From the NCBI GenBank assembly GCA_040400855.1, contig JBBAPJ010000002.1:21504-85503 (forward strand): a DNA stretch of 64,000 bases. The letters run 5' to 3'. Positions 24,323 through 36,044 of the stretch are shown one piece after another (the first letter of the stretch is position 1; each line of letters opens with the position of its first letter). A program made the position numbers and the translations under genes. Source of the stretch: Rubrivivax sp. (GTDB lineage Bacteria; Pseudomonadota; Gammaproteobacteria; Burkholderiales; Burkholderiaceae_C). The notes below the pieces were generated by a model. The model made no database searches and was not told the origin of the DNA. It was given only the letters and a program-made list of their open reading frames with translations.

Positions 24323-25033
24323 ATGGCGGGGTACAAGCGCATCCTTCTGAAGCTCTCGGGCGAGGCGCTGATGGGCGAGGATGCGTTTGGCATCAACCGC
24401 GCCACCATCGTGCGCATGGTGCAGGAGATCCGGGCCGTCACACGCGAGGGCGTGGAGGTGGCGGTGGTCATCGGGGGGGGCAACATCTTCCGCGGCGTGG
24501 CCGGCGGTTCCGTGGGCATGGACCGTGCCACTGCCGATTACATGGGCATGCTCGCCACGGTCATGAACTCGCTCGCGCTGGCCGACACCATGCGCCAGGA
24601 GGGGATGACGGCGCGCGTGATGTCCGCCATCGCCATCGAGCAGGTGGTGGAGCCGTACGTGCGGCCCAAGGCCCTGCAGTACCTCGAGGAGGGCAAGGTC
24701 GTGGTGTTTGCCGCGGGCACGGGCAATCCTTTCTTCACCACCGATACCGCTGCCGCCTTGCGTGGTGCGGAGATCGGTGCCGAGGTGGTTCTCAAGGCCA
24801 CCAAGGTGGATGGGGTGTACAGCGCCGATCCCAAGCGGGACCCTTCGGCCACGCGCTATGCGTCGATCAGCTTCGACGAGGCGATTTCGCGCAACTTGCA
24901 GGTGATGGACGCCACGGCCTTTGCGCTTTGCCGCGACCAGAAGCTGCCCATCAAGGTGTTCTCGATCTTCAAGCCCGGAGCGCTGCAGCGCGTCGTCCGC
25001 GGCGAGGACGAGGGCACGCTGGTGCACGTCTGA
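24323..25033 (+). CDS. pyrH: UMP kinase
   Basis: [19 protein letters not shown] and GNPFFTTD motifs. Confidence 0.98.
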   Translation: MAGYKRILLKLSGEALMGEDAFGINRATIVRMVQEIRAVTREGVEVAVVIGGGNIFRGVAGGSVGMDRATADYMGMLATVMNSLALADTMRQEGMTARVMSAIAIEQVVEPYVRPKALQYLEEGKVVVFAAGTGNPFFTTDTAAALRGAEIGAEVVLKATKVDGVYSADPKRDPSATRYASISFDEAISRNLQVMDATAFALCRDQKLPIKVFSIFKPGALQRVVRGEDEGTLVHV

Positions 25034-25046
25034 CGAGAGTGCCGAC

Positions 25047-25610
25047 ATGACGACGATTGCCGACATCCGCAAGAACGCCGAGGCCAAGATGGGCAAGTCC
25101 GTCGAGGCCCTGAAGTCCGAGCTGCAGAAGATCCGCACCGGCCGTGCGCACCCGGGCATCCTGGACCAGGTCCTGGTGGACTACTACGGCTCGATGGTGC
25201 CGATCAGCCAGGTGGCCAACGTGTCGCTGCTGGATGCCCGCACCATCAGCGTGCAGCCCTGGGAGAAGGGCATGGGTGCGAAGATCGAGAAGGCCATCCG
25301 CGAGTCCGACCTGGGATTGAACCCGGCCTCGCAGGGAGATCTCCTGCGCGTGCCGATGCCCGCCCTCACCGAGGAGCGGCGCCGTGACCTGACCAAGGTG
25401 GTGCGCGGTGCCGGCGAGGACTGCAAGGTCGCGGTGCGAAACGTGCGCCGCGAGGCCAATGACCAGCTCAAGCGCCAGCTCAAGGACAAACTCGTCTCGG
25501 AGGACGACGAGCGACGCGCCCAGGATGAGGTGCAGCGCCTGACCGACCGCGTCATCGCCGAGGTCGACCGGCTCGTGCAGGCCAAGGAAGCCGAGGTCCT
25601 GGCGGTCTGA
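25047..25610 (+). CDS. frr: Ribosome recycling factor
   Basis: [16 protein letters not shown] and VRNVRR motifs. Confidence 0.98.
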   Translation: MTTIADIRKNAEAKMGKSVEALKSELQKIRTGRAHPGILDQVLVDYYGSMVPISQVANVSLLDARTISVQPWEKGMGAKIEKAIRESDLGLNPASQGDLLRVPMPALTEERRRDLTKVVRGAGEDCKVAVRNVRREANDQLKRQLKDKLVSEDDERRAQDEVQRLTDRVIAEVDRLVQAKEAEVLAV

Positions 25611-25627
25611 CCGCCGGTTACCCCACC

Positions 25628-26356
25628 ATGGACCGCCACTCTCCGATTCCCCGCCATGTGGCGGTCGTGATGGATGGCAACGGCCGCTGGGCCAAGCAGC
25701 GGTACATGCCGCGATTCTTCGGCCACAAGGCCGGGGTGGACGCGCTGGTGCGTGCCGTCGACCTCTTCGCCGAGCGCGGCGTGGACTACCTGACGGTGTT
25801 TGCCTTCTCGTCGGAGAACTGGAAGCGTCCGACCGACGAGGTCTCCGGCCTGATGGGGCTGGTGCTCGTGGCGGTCTCGAAGTACCTGCGTCGGCTCGCG
25901 GCCGATGGGGTACGCATCCGCATCATCGGCGACCGGGACGCCGTGACCGACAAGTTGCGTGCCGCCTGGGAAGAGGCCGAGTCGAGCACGGCGCACAACA
26001 GCCGCATCACGCTCTCCGTGGCGTTCAACTACGGCGGTCGCTGGGACGTGGTGCAGGCATGCCGGCGCGCGATGGCCGACGGCGTGGGCCCGCAGGACCT
26101 CACCGAGGACGTGCTGTCGCGCTACACCGCGCTGTCGTTCGCGCCGGATCCGGATCTCTTCATCCGCACGGGCGGCGAGATGCGCATCAGCAACTTCCTT
26201 CTCTGGCAGGCTGCCTACAGCGAGCTCTTCTTCACGGAATGCCTGTGGCCGGATTTCGGCGCGAGCGAGGTGGAAGCGGCCCTGGCCACGTACGCGCGAC
26301 GCGAGCGCCGCTTCGGTGGTGTCCCCACCTCGGAGGCCGCGGCAGCGGCCCGGTGA
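25628..26356 (+). CDS. uppS: Undecaprenyl diphosphate synthase
   Basis: HVAVVMDGNGRWA, FSSENW and RTGGEMRISNF motifs. Confidence 0.97.
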   Translation: MDRHSPIPRHVAVVMDGNGRWAKQRYMPRFFGHKAGVDALVRAVDLFAERGVDYLTVFAFSSENWKRPTDEVSGLMGLVLVAVSKYLRRLAADGVRIRIIGDRDAVTDKLRAAWEEAESSTAHNSRITLSVAFNYGGRWDVVQACRRAMADGVGPQDLTEDVLSRYTALSFAPDPDLFIRTGGEMRISNFLLWQAAYSELFFTECLWPDFGASEVEAALATYARRERRFGGVPTSEAAAAAR

Positions 26357-26363
26357 AGGACCG

Positions 26364-27218
26364 GTGCTCGGCCAGCGCATCGTCACAGCGGTGGTGTTGC
26401 TCGCCGTGCTGCTGCCGGCGATGTGGGCCGCGCATCCCGGCCCCTTTGCTGTCCTGACTCTCCTGTTCGTCGCCGCTGCGGCCTGGGAGTGGGGGCGGCT
26501 CAACGGTGCACCGGGGTGGCCGTCCGTTGGCCTGGCCGCTGTCCTGGCGGGCCTGGGCTTTTCGGCCTGGCAGGCCGGCTGGACGGCAGGTTTGGCTCCC
26601 GGCGCGTGGGCCTTGCTGGCGGGCATGTGGATCGCCGCGGGCGCGATCGCCCTGCGTCGAGGTGTCGCGGGGTGGGGCGCGCTGCCGCGCGCTTCACGCC
26701 TGGTGGTGGGGGTGGTGGTCCTGTGGGCTGCGTGGCTCGCGATCGTCGGCGCCCGTGCGCTGGGCCTGAACTTCCTGGTGTCCGTCCTGTGCCTCGTCTG
26801 GATGGCCGACATCGCGGCTTACTTCGGCGGGCACCGCTTCGGGCGCCGCAAGCTGGCGCCGCGCATCAGCCCCGGAAAGACCTGGGAGGGTGCCGTGAGC
26901 GGGTGGTTGGGCGTGCTGGGGTTGGCGGTGTTGTGGGTGATGGTGATCGATCGCAGCCTGCCCGTGGACAGCCCGAGCCTGTACACCCGCCTGCTGGCGA
27001 GCTATGGGGCCGCGGGCCTGGCGCTGGCGGCCAGCGCGCTTTGCGCGATGAGTGTCGTGGGTGACCTCTTCGAGTCCCTGCTCAAGCGCAGCGCAGGCGC
27101 CAAGGACTCCAGCCGCCTGCTGCCGGGCCATGGCGGCGTGCTCGACCGCATCGATGCGCTGCTGCCGGTCTTCCCGATTGCGATGGCGCTGGTCACGTGG
27201 CAAGGAGGGGCGGCATGA
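26364..27218 (+). CDS. cdsA: Phosphatidate cytidylyltransferase
   Basis: ISPGKTWEG, GDLFESLLKR and KDSSRLLPGHGGVLDRID motifs. Confidence 0.95.
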   Translation: MLGQRIVTAVVLLAVLLPAMWAAHPGPFAVLTLLFVAAAAWEWGRLNGAPGWPSVGLAAVLAGLGFSAWQAGWTAGLAPGAWALLAGMWIAAGAIALRRGVAGWGALPRASRLVVGVVVLWAAWLAIVGARALGLNFLVSVLCLVWMADIAAYFGGHRFGRRKLAPRISPGKTWEGAVSGWLGVLGLAVLWVMVIDRSLPVDSPSLYTRLLASYGAAGLALAASALCAMSVVGDLFESLLKRSAGAKDSSRLLPGHGGVLDRIDALLPVFPIAMALVTWQGGAA

Positions 27219-28402
27219 CACACAGGGTGGCCATCCTCGGTTCCACCGGCTCCATCGGGGTGAACACGCTCGACGTGATCGCCCGTCATCCGGAGCAGTT
27301 CCAGGTATACGGCCTGTCGGCGTTTCGGCGCGTCGAGGAGCTCGCCGAGCAGTGCGCACGTTTCCAACCCCAGGTGGCGGTTGTTCCGACGCAGGAGGCG
27401 GCAGCTGCACTGCATGCGGCCTTGAGAGGTCGTGCACCGGGCACTCAGGTGTGTGTCGGCGCTGCGGCCCTGGAGGAGCTGGCCCGTGCCCCGGCAGTCG
27501 ACAGCGTCATGGCGGCCATCGTGGGTGCAGCCGGGCTGCGCCCGTGCATGGCAGCGGCCCGCGCCGGCAAGCGGCTGCTGCTGGCCAACAAGGAGGCGAT
27601 CGTCGTCGGCGGCGAGCTGTTCCTCAGGACCGTGCGCGAGGGTGGGGCCACGCTGATCCCCATCGACAGCGAGCACTCCGCGATCTTCCAGTGCCTGCCC
27701 GAGGACCGCAGCCAGTGGTCCTCTCGCATCGACCATATCGTGCTCACCGCCTCCGGGGGACCCTTCCGCACGCGCGAGCCCGGCACGTTGCGAGAGGTGA
27801 CACCCGAGCAGGCCGTTGCCCACCCGAACTGGGTGATGGGGCGCAAGATCTCGGTGGACTCGGCCACGATGATGAACAAGGCCCTCGAGGTCATCGAGGC
27901 GCGCTGGCTCTTCGACCTCCGGCCCGACCAGATCCGTGTCGTGATCCATCCGCAGAGCATCATCCACTCGATGGTGGTATGCCGGGACGCTTCGGTGCTG
28001 GCCCAGCTCGGCACACCCGACATGCGGGTGCCCATCGCCTACGGTCTGGCCTATCCACACCGCGTGGAGAGCGGGGCATCGCGGGTGGACTTCCGCCAGG
28101 TCGGTGCCCTGACCTTCGAGGAACCCGATCCGCGGCGCTTCCCGGGGCTCGCGCTGGCCTGGGATGCGCTGGAGGGCCCCGAGGGCAGCACGGTGGTGCT
28201 CAACGCTGCCAACGAGATCGCGGTCGAGGCCTTTCTCGAGGGCAGGTTGGCCTTCACCGACATCCATACCGTCAACCTGGCCACGCTTGAGGCGACGTCG
28301 GCGGAACTCGGGCGCCTTCCCGACATCGAATCGTTGCTCGGCCTGGATGCGCGCGCACGCGCGCAGGCGCAAGCCGAGGTTGCGCGCCTGCGCCGACCAT
28401 GA
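27215..28402 (+). CDS. dxr: 1-deoxy-D-xylulose 5-phosphate reductoisomerase
   Basis: LGSTGSIG, LANKE, PIDSEH and HPNWVMGRKISVDSATMMNK motifs. Confidence 0.98.
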   Translation: MTHRVAILGSTGSIGVNTLDVIARHPEQFQVYGLSAFRRVEELAEQCARFQPQVAVVPTQEAAAALHAALRGRAPGTQVCVGAAALEELARAPAVDSVMAAIVGAAGLRPCMAAARAGKRLLLANKEAIVVGGELFLRTVREGGATLIPIDSEHSAIFQCLPEDRSQWSSRIDHIVLTASGGPFRTREPGTLREVTPEQAVAHPNWVMGRKISVDSATMMNKALEVIEARWLFDLRPDQIRVVIHPQSIIHSMVVCRDASVLAQLGTPDMRVPIAYGLAYPHRVESGASRVDFRQVGALTFEEPDPRRFPGLALAWDALEGPEGSTVVLNAANEIAVEAFLEGRLAFTDIHTVNLATLEATSAELGRLPDIESLLGLDARARAQAQAEVARLRRP

Positions 28403-29778
28403 CAACGCTGCTCGCCTTCCTCTTCACCCTGGCGGTCCTGATCGCAGTCCACGAGTACGGCCACTACCGCATGGCCGTGGCTTGCAACGTGCGGGTGCTG
28501 CGGTTTTCCATTGGCTTCGGGCGCGTGATCTACGCTCGGCGCATCGGCCGCGACGGCTGCGAATTCGCCCTTTCGGCGATCCCCCTGGGGGGCTATGTGC
28601 GCATGCTCGACGAGCGCGAGGCCCCCGTGGACGCCGTCGATCGCGAGAGGGCCTTCAATCGACGCCCCCTTTGGCAACGAAGCGCCATCGTGGCAGCCGG
28701 ACCGGCGGCCAACCTGCTGCTGGCCGTGCTTCTCTACGCGGGGGTGCAGTGGATCGGCGTGGAAGAGCCCAAGGCCTTGCTTGCGGCGCCGCCGGCTGGG
28801 AGCCTGGCCGAACGCGCTGGTCTGCGCGCGGGCGACTGGGTGCGTGCCACCGCGGAGCGTGAAGGTCAGTGGCGCGACGTGCGGTCCTTGCCGGACCTGC
28901 GCTGGCAGGTGACGCAGGCCGCTCTGGCTGGTCAGCCACTGCGGCTGATGGTGAGCGAGCGCGACGGCCGCGGCAACCGCGTGCTGACGCTCGAGCTCGA
29001 CCGCATCGGCGCCGGCCGGGCCGACGTGGCCTCACTGTCTCGGGCGGGCATTGGCGCGCCCTTCAGCGAACCGGTGGTCGGCGAGGTCAAGGCTGGCGGC
29101 CCCGCCGCCCAGGCGGGGTTGCGCAAGGGTGATCGCGTGGTGCGCATCGATGGCCAGCCCGTGGCGGATGCGCAATCCCTGCGCGAACGCATCCGAGGCT
29201 CGGTGCGCGGGCGCGAGGCGATGGCCTCGACGTGGATCGTCGAGAGGGAGGGGCGCACGATCGAGCTGGAGGTGCGGCCGCGCGTGGTCGAGGCCCAGGA
29301 GGGTGGCCAGACACGCACCATCGGGCGCATCGAGGCCTACCTGGGCCGTCCAGTCGAGATGGTCGAGGTGCGCCGTGGCCCCTGGGAGGGGGTGGTCCAT
29401 GGGGCCGAGCGCACCTGGGAAGTGAGCGCGCTGACGCTGCGCACACTGGGCGCCATGGTCATCGGGCAGGCCTCGCTTTCCAACCTCAGCGGGCCCCTGA
29501 CCATTGCCGATGTCGCGGGCCAGACGGCCGAGCGCGGGCTCACCCACTACCTGGCCTTCCTGGCCCTGGTCAGCGTGAGCCTGGGCGTGCTGAACCTGCT
29601 GCCGCTGCCCATGCTCGACGGTGGACACCTCATGTATCATGCCTTCGAGGCTGTGACCGGCAAGCCCGTACCGGATCGGTGGCTCGAAAGGCTGCAGCGC
29701 GGGGGGTTCGTGGTGCTCGTGATCATGATGTCCGTGGCCCTCTACAACGACGTGGCCCGATTCCTCGGCCTGCACTGA
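28399..29778 (+). CDS. rseP: Intramembrane metalloprotease RseP
   Basis: HEYGH, two PDZ domains, NLLPLPMLDGG. Confidence 0.96.
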   Translation: MTTLLAFLFTLAVLIAVHEYGHYRMAVACNVRVLRFSIGFGRVIYARRIGRDGCEFALSAIPLGGYVRMLDEREAPVDAVDRERAFNRRPLWQRSAIVAAGPAANLLLAVLLYAGVQWIGVEEPKALLAAPPAGSLAERAGLRAGDWVRATAEREGQWRDVRSLPDLRWQVTQAALAGQPLRLMVSERDGRGNRVLTLELDRIGAGRADVASLSRAGIGAPFSEPVVGEVKAGGPAAQAGLRKGDRVVRIDGQPVADAQSLRERIRGSVRGREAMASTWIVEREGRTIELEVRPRVVEAQEGGQTRTIGRIEAYLGRPVEMVEVRRGPWEGVVHGAERTWEVSALTLRTLGAMVIGQASLSNLSGPLTIADVAGQTAERGLTHYLAFLALVSVSLGVLNLLPLPMLDGGHLMYHAFEAVTGKPVPDRWLERLQRGGFVVLVIMMSVALYNDVARFLGLH

Positions 29779-29786
29779 AACCCACG

Positions 29787-32090
29787 ATGTCGAGCCTCTA
29801 TTCCGCCTTCCCGCTGCGCCCGGTGGCGGCGCTGGTTGCAGCCGCCGCCCTGGGTGCGCCCGGCGCCGCGCTGGCGATCGACCCCTTCACCGTGCGCGAC
29901 ATACGCGTCGAGGGGCTGCAGCGCACGGACCCCGGAGCCGTGTTTGCCGTGCTGCCCTTCCGGATCGGCGACTCCTACACGGACGAGAAGGGCTCGGTGG
30001 CGCTGCGCGCGCTCTTTGCCACGGGCCTGTTCAAGGATGTGCGCATCGAGATCGAGGGGCAGGTGGTGGTCGTCGTCGTCGACGAGCGGCCCGTCATCTC
30101 CAACGTCACATTCGTCGGGCTGAAGGAGTTCGACAAGGACCAGCTCGTCAAGTCCCTGAAGGACTCGGGCATCGGCGAAGGCCTGCCCTTCGACCGCGCC
30201 GTGGTGGACCGGGCCGAGCAGGAGATCAAGCGACAGTACCTGTCGCGCAGCCTCTACGGGGCCGAGGTCGTGACGACCATCACGCCTGTCGAGCGCAACC
30301 GCGTCAACGTCACCTTCACCATCAATGAGGGTGATGCCGCGAAGATCCGCGAGATCCGGATCACCGGGGCCAGGGCCTTCAGCGAGTCCGCGCTGCTGTC
30401 GCTGATGGACCTCACGCCTGGCGGGTGGCTGACCTGGTACACGAAGTCCGACCGCTACTCGCGCAGCAAGCTCAACGCCGACCTGGAGAAGATCCGGTCG
30501 CATTACGTGAACCGGGGCTACCTGGAGTTCGCCGTCGAGTCCTCCCAGGTCACGATATCGCCGAACAAGCAGGACATCTCGATCGCGATCTCCATCTCGG
30601 AAGGCCAGCCCTACACCGTCACGGCCGTTCGCCTGGAAGGCCAGTACCTGGGGCGCGAGGAGGACTTCCGCCAGCGTGTCCAGGTGCGGCCCGGGCAGGC
30701 CTACCGGGGCGAGGACGTCACGGCCACCCAGCGTGCCTTCTCCGATCATTTCGGCCGCTTCGGCTACGCCTTCGCACGTGTGGAACCCAGGCCCGAGATC
30801 GACCGTGCCACGGGCCAGGTCGTCGTCGTGTTCGTGGCGGAACCGCAGCGCCGCGTCTACGTGCGACGCATCGACGTGGCCGGCAACACCCGCACGCGCG
30901 ACGAGGTCGTGCGGCGCGAGTTCAGGCAGCTCGAGTCCTCGTGGTACGACGGCCAGCGCATCAAGCTGTCCCGCGACCGCGTCGAGCGTCTGGGCTACTT
31001 CAAGGAAGTCAACGTCGAGACCAACGAGGTGCCCGGTCAGCCTGACCAGGTAGACCTCCTCATCACGGTGGAGGAGCGCCCCACCGGCAATCTGTCGTTC
31101 GGGGCCGGCTACTCGCAGAGCGACCAGCTCACCCTGTCGGGCTCGGTCAAGCAGGACAACATCCTCGGCTCGGGGCACTACCTGGGCATCGAGCTCAACA
31201 CCAGCAAGTACAACCGCACGCTCGTCTTCAGCACCGTCGACCCGTACTTCACGGTGGACGGCATCTCGCGTGGCATCGACCTCTTCTACCGTACGACGCG
31301 CCCTTACAACAGCCTGGGCGACCAGTACCAGCTCGCCACGCCGGGCGGCGCCATCCGCTTCGGGGTACCGTTCTCGGAGTCCGACACCGTCTTCTTCGGC
31401 CTGGGCATCGAGCGCACGGAGATCAAGGCGGCCACCGCGATCCCCAACAGCTATTACCTGTACCGCGAACAGTTCGGGCCGGTCAGCCACGCCGTGCCGT
31501 TGACGCTGGGCTGGCAGCGCGACGAGCGCGACAGCGTGCTCACACCGACGGCCGGTCGCTACCAGCGCGTGAACCTGGAGTGGAGCGTGGCCGGCGACGT
31601 CCGCTACATGCGCACCAACGTCCAGTACCAGCAGTTCATCGGCCTGCCGGCCAAGCTGTCGCTGGGTGTCAACGCCGAGCTGGGCCTGGGCAAGGGCGTC
31701 GGGGGCAAGCCGTTTCCCATCTTCAAGAACTTCTACGGCGGTGGCCTCGGATCCGTGCGGGTCTTCGAGCAGGGGTCTCTGGGCGTCATCGATCCCACGG
31801 GTGCCTTCATCGGCGGGGCCAAGCGCCTGAACGCCAACGTCGAGCTGTACCTGCCGGTTCCGGGCAGCGGCAACGACAAGTCGCTGCGGCTTTTCGCCTT
31901 CACGGATGCCGGCAACGTATGGCGTGATGGGGAGCCGATGGCCCTGGAGTCCCTGCGTGCCTCGGCCGGCCTTGGGGTCAGCTGGTTGTCGCCGGTGGGG
32001 CCGCTCAAGTTGAGCTGGGGTCGACCGCTGCGCTTCGAGCCCACGGATAGAATCCAGAAGTTCCAATTCCAGATCGGGACCGCGTTCTGA
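29787..32090 (+). CDS. bamA: Outer membrane protein assembly factor BamA
   Basis: POTRA repeats (DIRVEGLQR, GNTRTRDEVVRRE), barrel ending FQFQIGTAF. Confidence 0.97.
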   Translation: MSSLYSAFPLRPVAALVAAAALGAPGAALAIDPFTVRDIRVEGLQRTDPGAVFAVLPFRIGDSYTDEKGSVALRALFATGLFKDVRIEIEGQVVVVVVDERPVISNVTFVGLKEFDKDQLVKSLKDSGIGEGLPFDRAVVDRAEQEIKRQYLSRSLYGAEVVTTITPVERNRVNVTFTINEGDAAKIREIRITGARAFSESALLSLMDLTPGGWLTWYTKSDRYSRSKLNADLEKIRSHYVNRGYLEFAVESSQVTISPNKQDISIAISISEGQPYTVTAVRLEGQYLGREEDFRQRVQVRPGQAYRGEDVTATQRAFSDHFGRFGYAFARVEPRPEIDRATGQVVVVFVAEPQRRVYVRRIDVAGNTRTRDEVVRREFRQLESSWYDGQRIKLSRDRVERLGYFKEVNVETNEVPGQPDQVDLLITVEERPTGNLSFGAGYSQSDQLTLSGSVKQDNILGSGHYLGIELNTSKYNRTLVFSTVDPYFTVDGISRGIDLFYRTTRPYNSLGDQYQLATPGGAIRFGVPFSESDTVFFGLGIERTEIKAATAIPNSYYLYREQFGPVSHAVPLTLGWQRDERDSVLTPTAGRYQRVNLEWSVAGDVRYMRTNVQYQQFIGLPAKLSLGVNAELGLGKGVGGKPFPIFKNFYGGGLGSVRVFEQGSLGVIDPTGAFIGGAKRLNANVELYLPVPGSGNDKSLRLFAFTDAGNVWRDGEPMALESLRASAGLGVSWLSPVGPLKLSWGRPLRFEPTDRIQKFQFQIGTAF

Positions 32091-32608
32091 TGAAGACCCT
32101 TTTCAAGCCCCTCCTGCTGGGCCTGGCCTGCGTGGCGATGCTGCACGCCCCGGCCTTTGCGCAGGAGCTCAAGATCGGCTACGTCAACAGCGAGCGCGTG
32201 TTGCGTGACTCCCAGCCGGCCAAGGCTGCCCAGGCCAAGCTCGAGACCGAGTTCGGCAAGCGCGACCGCGAGCTCAACGACGTTGCCACGCGGCTGAAGG
32301 CTGCGGCCGACAGGCTCGACAAGGACTTCCCGACGCTGCCTGAGTCCGAGCGCAATCGGCGCCAGCGTGAACTGGTCGAGCAGGATCGCGACCTGCAGCG
32401 CAAGCGTCGGGAGTTCCAGGAAGACCTGAACCAGCGCAAGAACGAGGAATATGCCGGGGTGGTGGAGCGCGCCAACCGCGTGATCCGCCAGATCTTCGAG
32501 ACCGAGAAGTTCGACCTGATCCTGCAGGAGGCCGTCTTCGCCGGCCCGCGCGTGGACATCACGGACAAGGTCATTCGAGCCCTGAACGGGCCTTCGCCGA
32601 CGAAGTGA
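32090..32608 (+). CDS. skp: Periplasmic chaperone Skp/OmpH
   Basis: Signal peptide, KIGYVN, coiled coil, DITDKVI. Confidence 0.92.
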   Translation: MKTLFKPLLLGLACVAMLHAPAFAQELKIGYVNSERVLRDSQPAKAAQAKLETEFGKRDRELNDVATRLKAAADRLDKDFPTLPESERNRRQRELVEQDRDLQRKRREFQEDLNQRKNEEYAGVVERANRVIRQIFETEKFDLILQEAVFAGPRVDITDKVIRALNGPSPTK

Positions 32609-32621
32609 CGGCGACAGTGCC

Positions 32622-33656
32622 ATGGTGCGGGTGACGGCGCAGGAAGTCGCTGCGCTCGTCGGCGGTGAGCTGCTGGGCGATCCCGCCCTCGTCCTGACCC
32701 GCATCGGCTCGCTCCAGGAGGCCGACGCCTCCACGCTGAGCTTCCTGTCCAATCCTCGCTACCGCGCGCAGCTGGCCGGCTCGCAGGCGGGGTGCGTGCT
32801 GGTGGCTGCGGGCGAGCGCGATCATGTGTGCGGCCGCCCCAGCGCGGTGCTGTGCGCCGATCCGTATCTGGCCTACGCGTATGTCTCCCAGTGGTGGGCC
32901 CGCCAGCAGCGGCCGCCCGTCTTGCCGGGCATCCACCCCAGCGCCGTCGTGTCGCCGATGGCCCATGTCGATCGCAGCGCCACCATCGGCGCGCTCTCGG
33001 TGGTGGAGGAGGGCGCCTGCATCGGGCCAGGGGCACAGGTGGGAGCGCAGTGCTTGATCGGCCGAGAGGCCGAGGTCGGCGAGGGCACACGCCTGGCAGC
33101 CCGGGTCACGCTGGCGCAGCACTGTCGCATCGGCGCGAGGGGGCTCGTGCACCCGGGTGCGGTCATCGGTGCCGACGGCTTCGGCTTCGCGCCGTCCGCA
33201 GGACGATGGGAAAAAATCGAGCAGCTGGGCGGTGTGCATATCGGCGATGACGTGGAGATCGGCGCAAACACCTGCATCGACCGCGGGGCGCTGGAGGACA
33301 CCGTCCTGGGTGACGGGGTCAAGCTCGACAACCTGGTGCAGATCGGCCACAACGTGCAGGTCGGCGCCCACACCGCGATGGCGGGTTGCGTGGGTGTGGC
33401 CGGCAGCGCCCGCATCGGCGCGCACTGCACCCTTGGAGGGGGTGCGATCGTGCTCGGGCACCTCGAGCTCGCCGATCACGTGCACGTGTCGGCCGCCACG
33501 GTGGTCACGCGATCGATCCTGCGTCCGGGCCAGTACAGCGGAGTCTTCCCCTTCGACGACAATGCGTCCTGGGAAAAGAACGCCGCCACGCTGCGGCAAC
33601 TGCACGCCCTGCGGGATCGCCTGCGGGCGATCGAATCGAGGCTGCGCACATCATGA
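32622..33656 (+). CDS. lpxD: UDP-3-O-acylglucosamine N-acyltransferase
   Basis: Hexapeptide repeats, [22 protein letters not shown]. Confidence 0.97.
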   Translation: MVRVTAQEVAALVGGELLGDPALVLTRIGSLQEADASTLSFLSNPRYRAQLAGSQAGCVLVAAGERDHVCGRPSAVLCADPYLAYAYVSQWWARQQRPPVLPGIHPSAVVSPMAHVDRSATIGALSVVEEGACIGPGAQVGAQCLIGREAEVGEGTRLAARVTLAQHCRIGARGLVHPGAVIGADGFGFAPSAGRWEKIEQLGGVHIGDDVEIGANTCIDRGALEDTVLGDGVKLDNLVQIGHNVQVGAHTAMAGCVGVAGSARIGAHCTLGGGAIVLGHLELADHVHVSAATVVTRSILRPGQYSGVFPFDDNASWEKNAATLRQLHALRDRLRAIESRLRTS

Positions 33657-34099
33657 CGAGCATGGACATCCACCAGGTGCTGAAGAAGCTTCCGCACCGC
33701 TACCCGATCCTGCTCGTTGACCGCGTCCTGGAGCTCGAGAAGGGTGTGCGCATCCGGGCCCTGAAGAACGTCACGGTCAACGAGCCGTTCTTCACGGGTC
33801 ACTTCCCGCACCGCCCCGTGATGCCCGGGGTGCTGATGCTCGAGGCGCTTGCGCAAGCCGCAGCGCTCCTGTCCTTCGAGACCGAGGGTGCGGTTCCGGA
33901 CGACAACACGATCTACTACTTCGCAGGGATCGACGGGGCGCGTTTCAAGCGCCCGGTGGAGCCAGGCGACCAGCTGGTGCTCGAGGTCACGCTGCTGCGC
34001 ACGAAGGCCCGTGTCTACAAGTACGCAGCCCGTGCCACGGTGGATGGCGAGCTGGCCGTCGAGGCCGAACTCACCTGCACGGCTCGCGCCGTGGCCTGA
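33653..34099 (+). CDS. fabZ: 3-hydroxyacyl-ACP dehydratase
   Basis: [11 protein letters not shown] and FTGHFP...[11 protein letters not shown] motifs. Confidence 0.97.
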   Translation: MTSMDIHQVLKKLPHRYPILLVDRVLELEKGVRIRALKNVTVNEPFFTGHFPHRPVMPGVLMLEALAQAAALLSFETEGAVPDDNTIYYFAGIDGARFKRPVEPGDQLVLEVTLLRTKARVYKYAARATVDGELAVEAELTCTARAVA

Positions 34100-34103
34100 T
34101 CAC

Positions 34104-34901
34104 GTGACCGGGGTTCACGCCACCGCGATCGTCGACCCGAAGGCCGAACTCGCCTCCGACGTCGTCGTGGGCCCCTACGCGGTGGTGGGGGCTGGTGTCC
34201 GCGTGGGATCGGGCACCACGATCGGCGCACATTGCGTGCTCGAAGGCCCCACGACCATCGGGCGTGACAACCGCATCCACGCGCACGCGGTGCTCGGTGG
34301 CGCGCCGCAGGACATGAAGTACCGCGGCGAGCCGACCTCCCTGATCATCGGCGAGCGCAACACGATCCGCGAGTTCTGCACCTTCAACCGCGGCACCGCG
34401 CAGGATGGTGGGATCACCCGGGTGGGCGACGACAACTGGGTCATGGCCTACGTGCACGTGGCCCATGACGTGCAGCTCGGCAGCCACACGATCCTGGCCA
34501 ACAACGCCACGCTGGCGGGTCACGTGCATGTCGGCGACTGGGCCATCATCGGCGGTCTCGTCGGGGTTCACCAGTTCTGCCATGTCGGGGCCCATGCGAT
34601 GGTCGGCTTCCAGAGTCGGGTCTCCCAGGACGTGCCGCCCTTCATGACGGTGGCCGGGCAGCCGCTGGAGGTGGCGGGCATCAACGTCGAGGGGCTGCGT
34701 CGGCGAGGGTTCTCGCGGATGCGCATCGACACCTTGCGGCAGGCGCATCGCCTCCTGTACCGGGAGGGTCTCAGGCTCGAGCAGGCGCGCGCGGCGCTGG
34801 AGGAACTGGCCCGGTCGTCGGGCGAGTCCGAGGCGGACGTACGGTGCCTGCTGGAGTTCCTGGCCGCTGCCACGCGTGGCATCGTGCGGCCGGGCGCCTG
34901 A
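34104..34901 (+). CDS. lpxA: UDP-N-acetylglucosamine acyltransferase
   Basis: [24 protein letters not shown] and VHQF motifs. Confidence 0.97.
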   Translation: MTGVHATAIVDPKAELASDVVVGPYAVVGAGVRVGSGTTIGAHCVLEGPTTIGRDNRIHAHAVLGGAPQDMKYRGEPTSLIIGERNTIREFCTFNRGTAQDGGITRVGDDNWVMAYVHVAHDVQLGSHTILANNATLAGHVHVGDWAIIGGLVGVHQFCHVGAHAMVGFQSRVSQDVPPFMTVAGQPLEVAGINVEGLRRRGFSRMRIDTLRQAHRLLYREGLRLEQARAALEELARSSGESEADVRCLLEFLAAATRGIVRPGA

Positions 34902-34916
34902 GGCAAGGTCGGGCCG

Positions 34917-36044
34917 ATGCGCGTCGCGATGGTGGCCGGCGAGGCCTCGGGCGACCTGCTGGCTGGGTTGTGGCTGCCGGCGCTGCGTGCGCGCTGGCCA
35001 GGCCTGCACGCCTTCGGCATCGGCGGGCCGCGAATGGTCGCGCAGGGCTTCGAGGCCTGGTGGCCCAGCGACCGGCTGGCGGTGCGCGGCTACGCCGAGG
35101 TGTTGCGCCATTACCGTGGCATTTCCGCCATCCGGCGCGAGCTGACGCAGCGCCTGCTGCACGATCCGCCGGACGTCTTCATCGGCGTGGACGCTCCGGA
35201 CTTCAATCTCGGCCTGGAGCGCATCCTGCGCGAAGCGGGCGTGCAGACCGTGCACTTCGTGTGCCCCTCGATATGGGCCTGGCGCGCCGGGCGCGCGCGC
35301 ACGATCGCGCGCAGCGCCGGCCTGGTGCTGTGCCTGTTTCCGTTCGAGCCCGAGCTGCTTGAGCGTCACGGCGTACGGGCCGCCTACGTCGGGCATCCGC
35401 TGGCCGACGCGATCCCGGCGCAGCCCCCGCGTGAGCGGGCCCGCGAGCGCCTTGGGCTTGATGCCGAGGGACCCGTGCTCGCGGTGCTGCCGGGCAGCCG
35501 GCGCTCCGAGATCGAGTACATCGCGCCCGCCTTCCTGGCCGCCACGGCGCAGCTGCTGAGACAGCGGCCTTCGCTGCAGGTCGTGCTGCCGGTGGCGCCG
35601 GGCCTGCGGCCCCTGGTCGAGCCCCTGGCGGCGCGGTTCGGACACCCCTTGCTGCGGCTCGTGGATGGCCGTTCGCACGAGGTGCTGGCGGCCTGTGATG
35701 CCGCCCTCGTGGCCAGCGGTACCGCCACGCTCGAGGCGGCGCTCTTCAAGTGCCCGATGGTGATCGCCTACCGGATGCACCCGCTGAGCTGGGTGCTGAT
35801 GAAGCGCATGGCCCTGCAGCCCTGGGTAGGACTGCCCAACATCCTGTGTGGCGAGTTCGTGGTGCCTGAGCTGATCCAGGAAGCCTGCACCCCCGAAGCG
35901 CTGGCGCGGGAGGCCTGCGCCTGGCTCGACGACCCCGAACGTCGAGCTCGCCTGCGCGAACGCTTCGACGCCTTGCACGCGGTCCTGCGCCGTGACACGG
36001 CGCGGCTGGCCACCGATGCCCTCGAGCAGACGCTCGCCGCCTGA
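34917..36044 (+). CDS. lpxB: Lipid A disaccharide synthase
   Basis: AGEASGD, DAPDFN, PSIWAWR, LPGSR and SGTATLE motifs. Confidence 0.97.
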   Translation: MRVAMVAGEASGDLLAGLWLPALRARWPGLHAFGIGGPRMVAQGFEAWWPSDRLAVRGYAEVLRHYRGISAIRRELTQRLLHDPPDVFIGVDAPDFNLGLERILREAGVQTVHFVCPSIWAWRAGRARTIARSAGLVLCLFPFEPELLERHGVRAAYVGHPLADAIPAQPPRERARERLGLDAEGPVLAVLPGSRRSEIEYIAPAFLAATAQLLRQRPSLQVVLPVAPGLRPLVEPLAARFGHPLLRLVDGRSHEVLAACDAALVASGTATLEAALFKCPMVIAYRMHPLSWVLMKRMALQPWVGLPNILCGEFVVPELIQEACTPEALAREACAWLDDPERRARLRERFDALHAVLRRDTARLATDALEQTLAA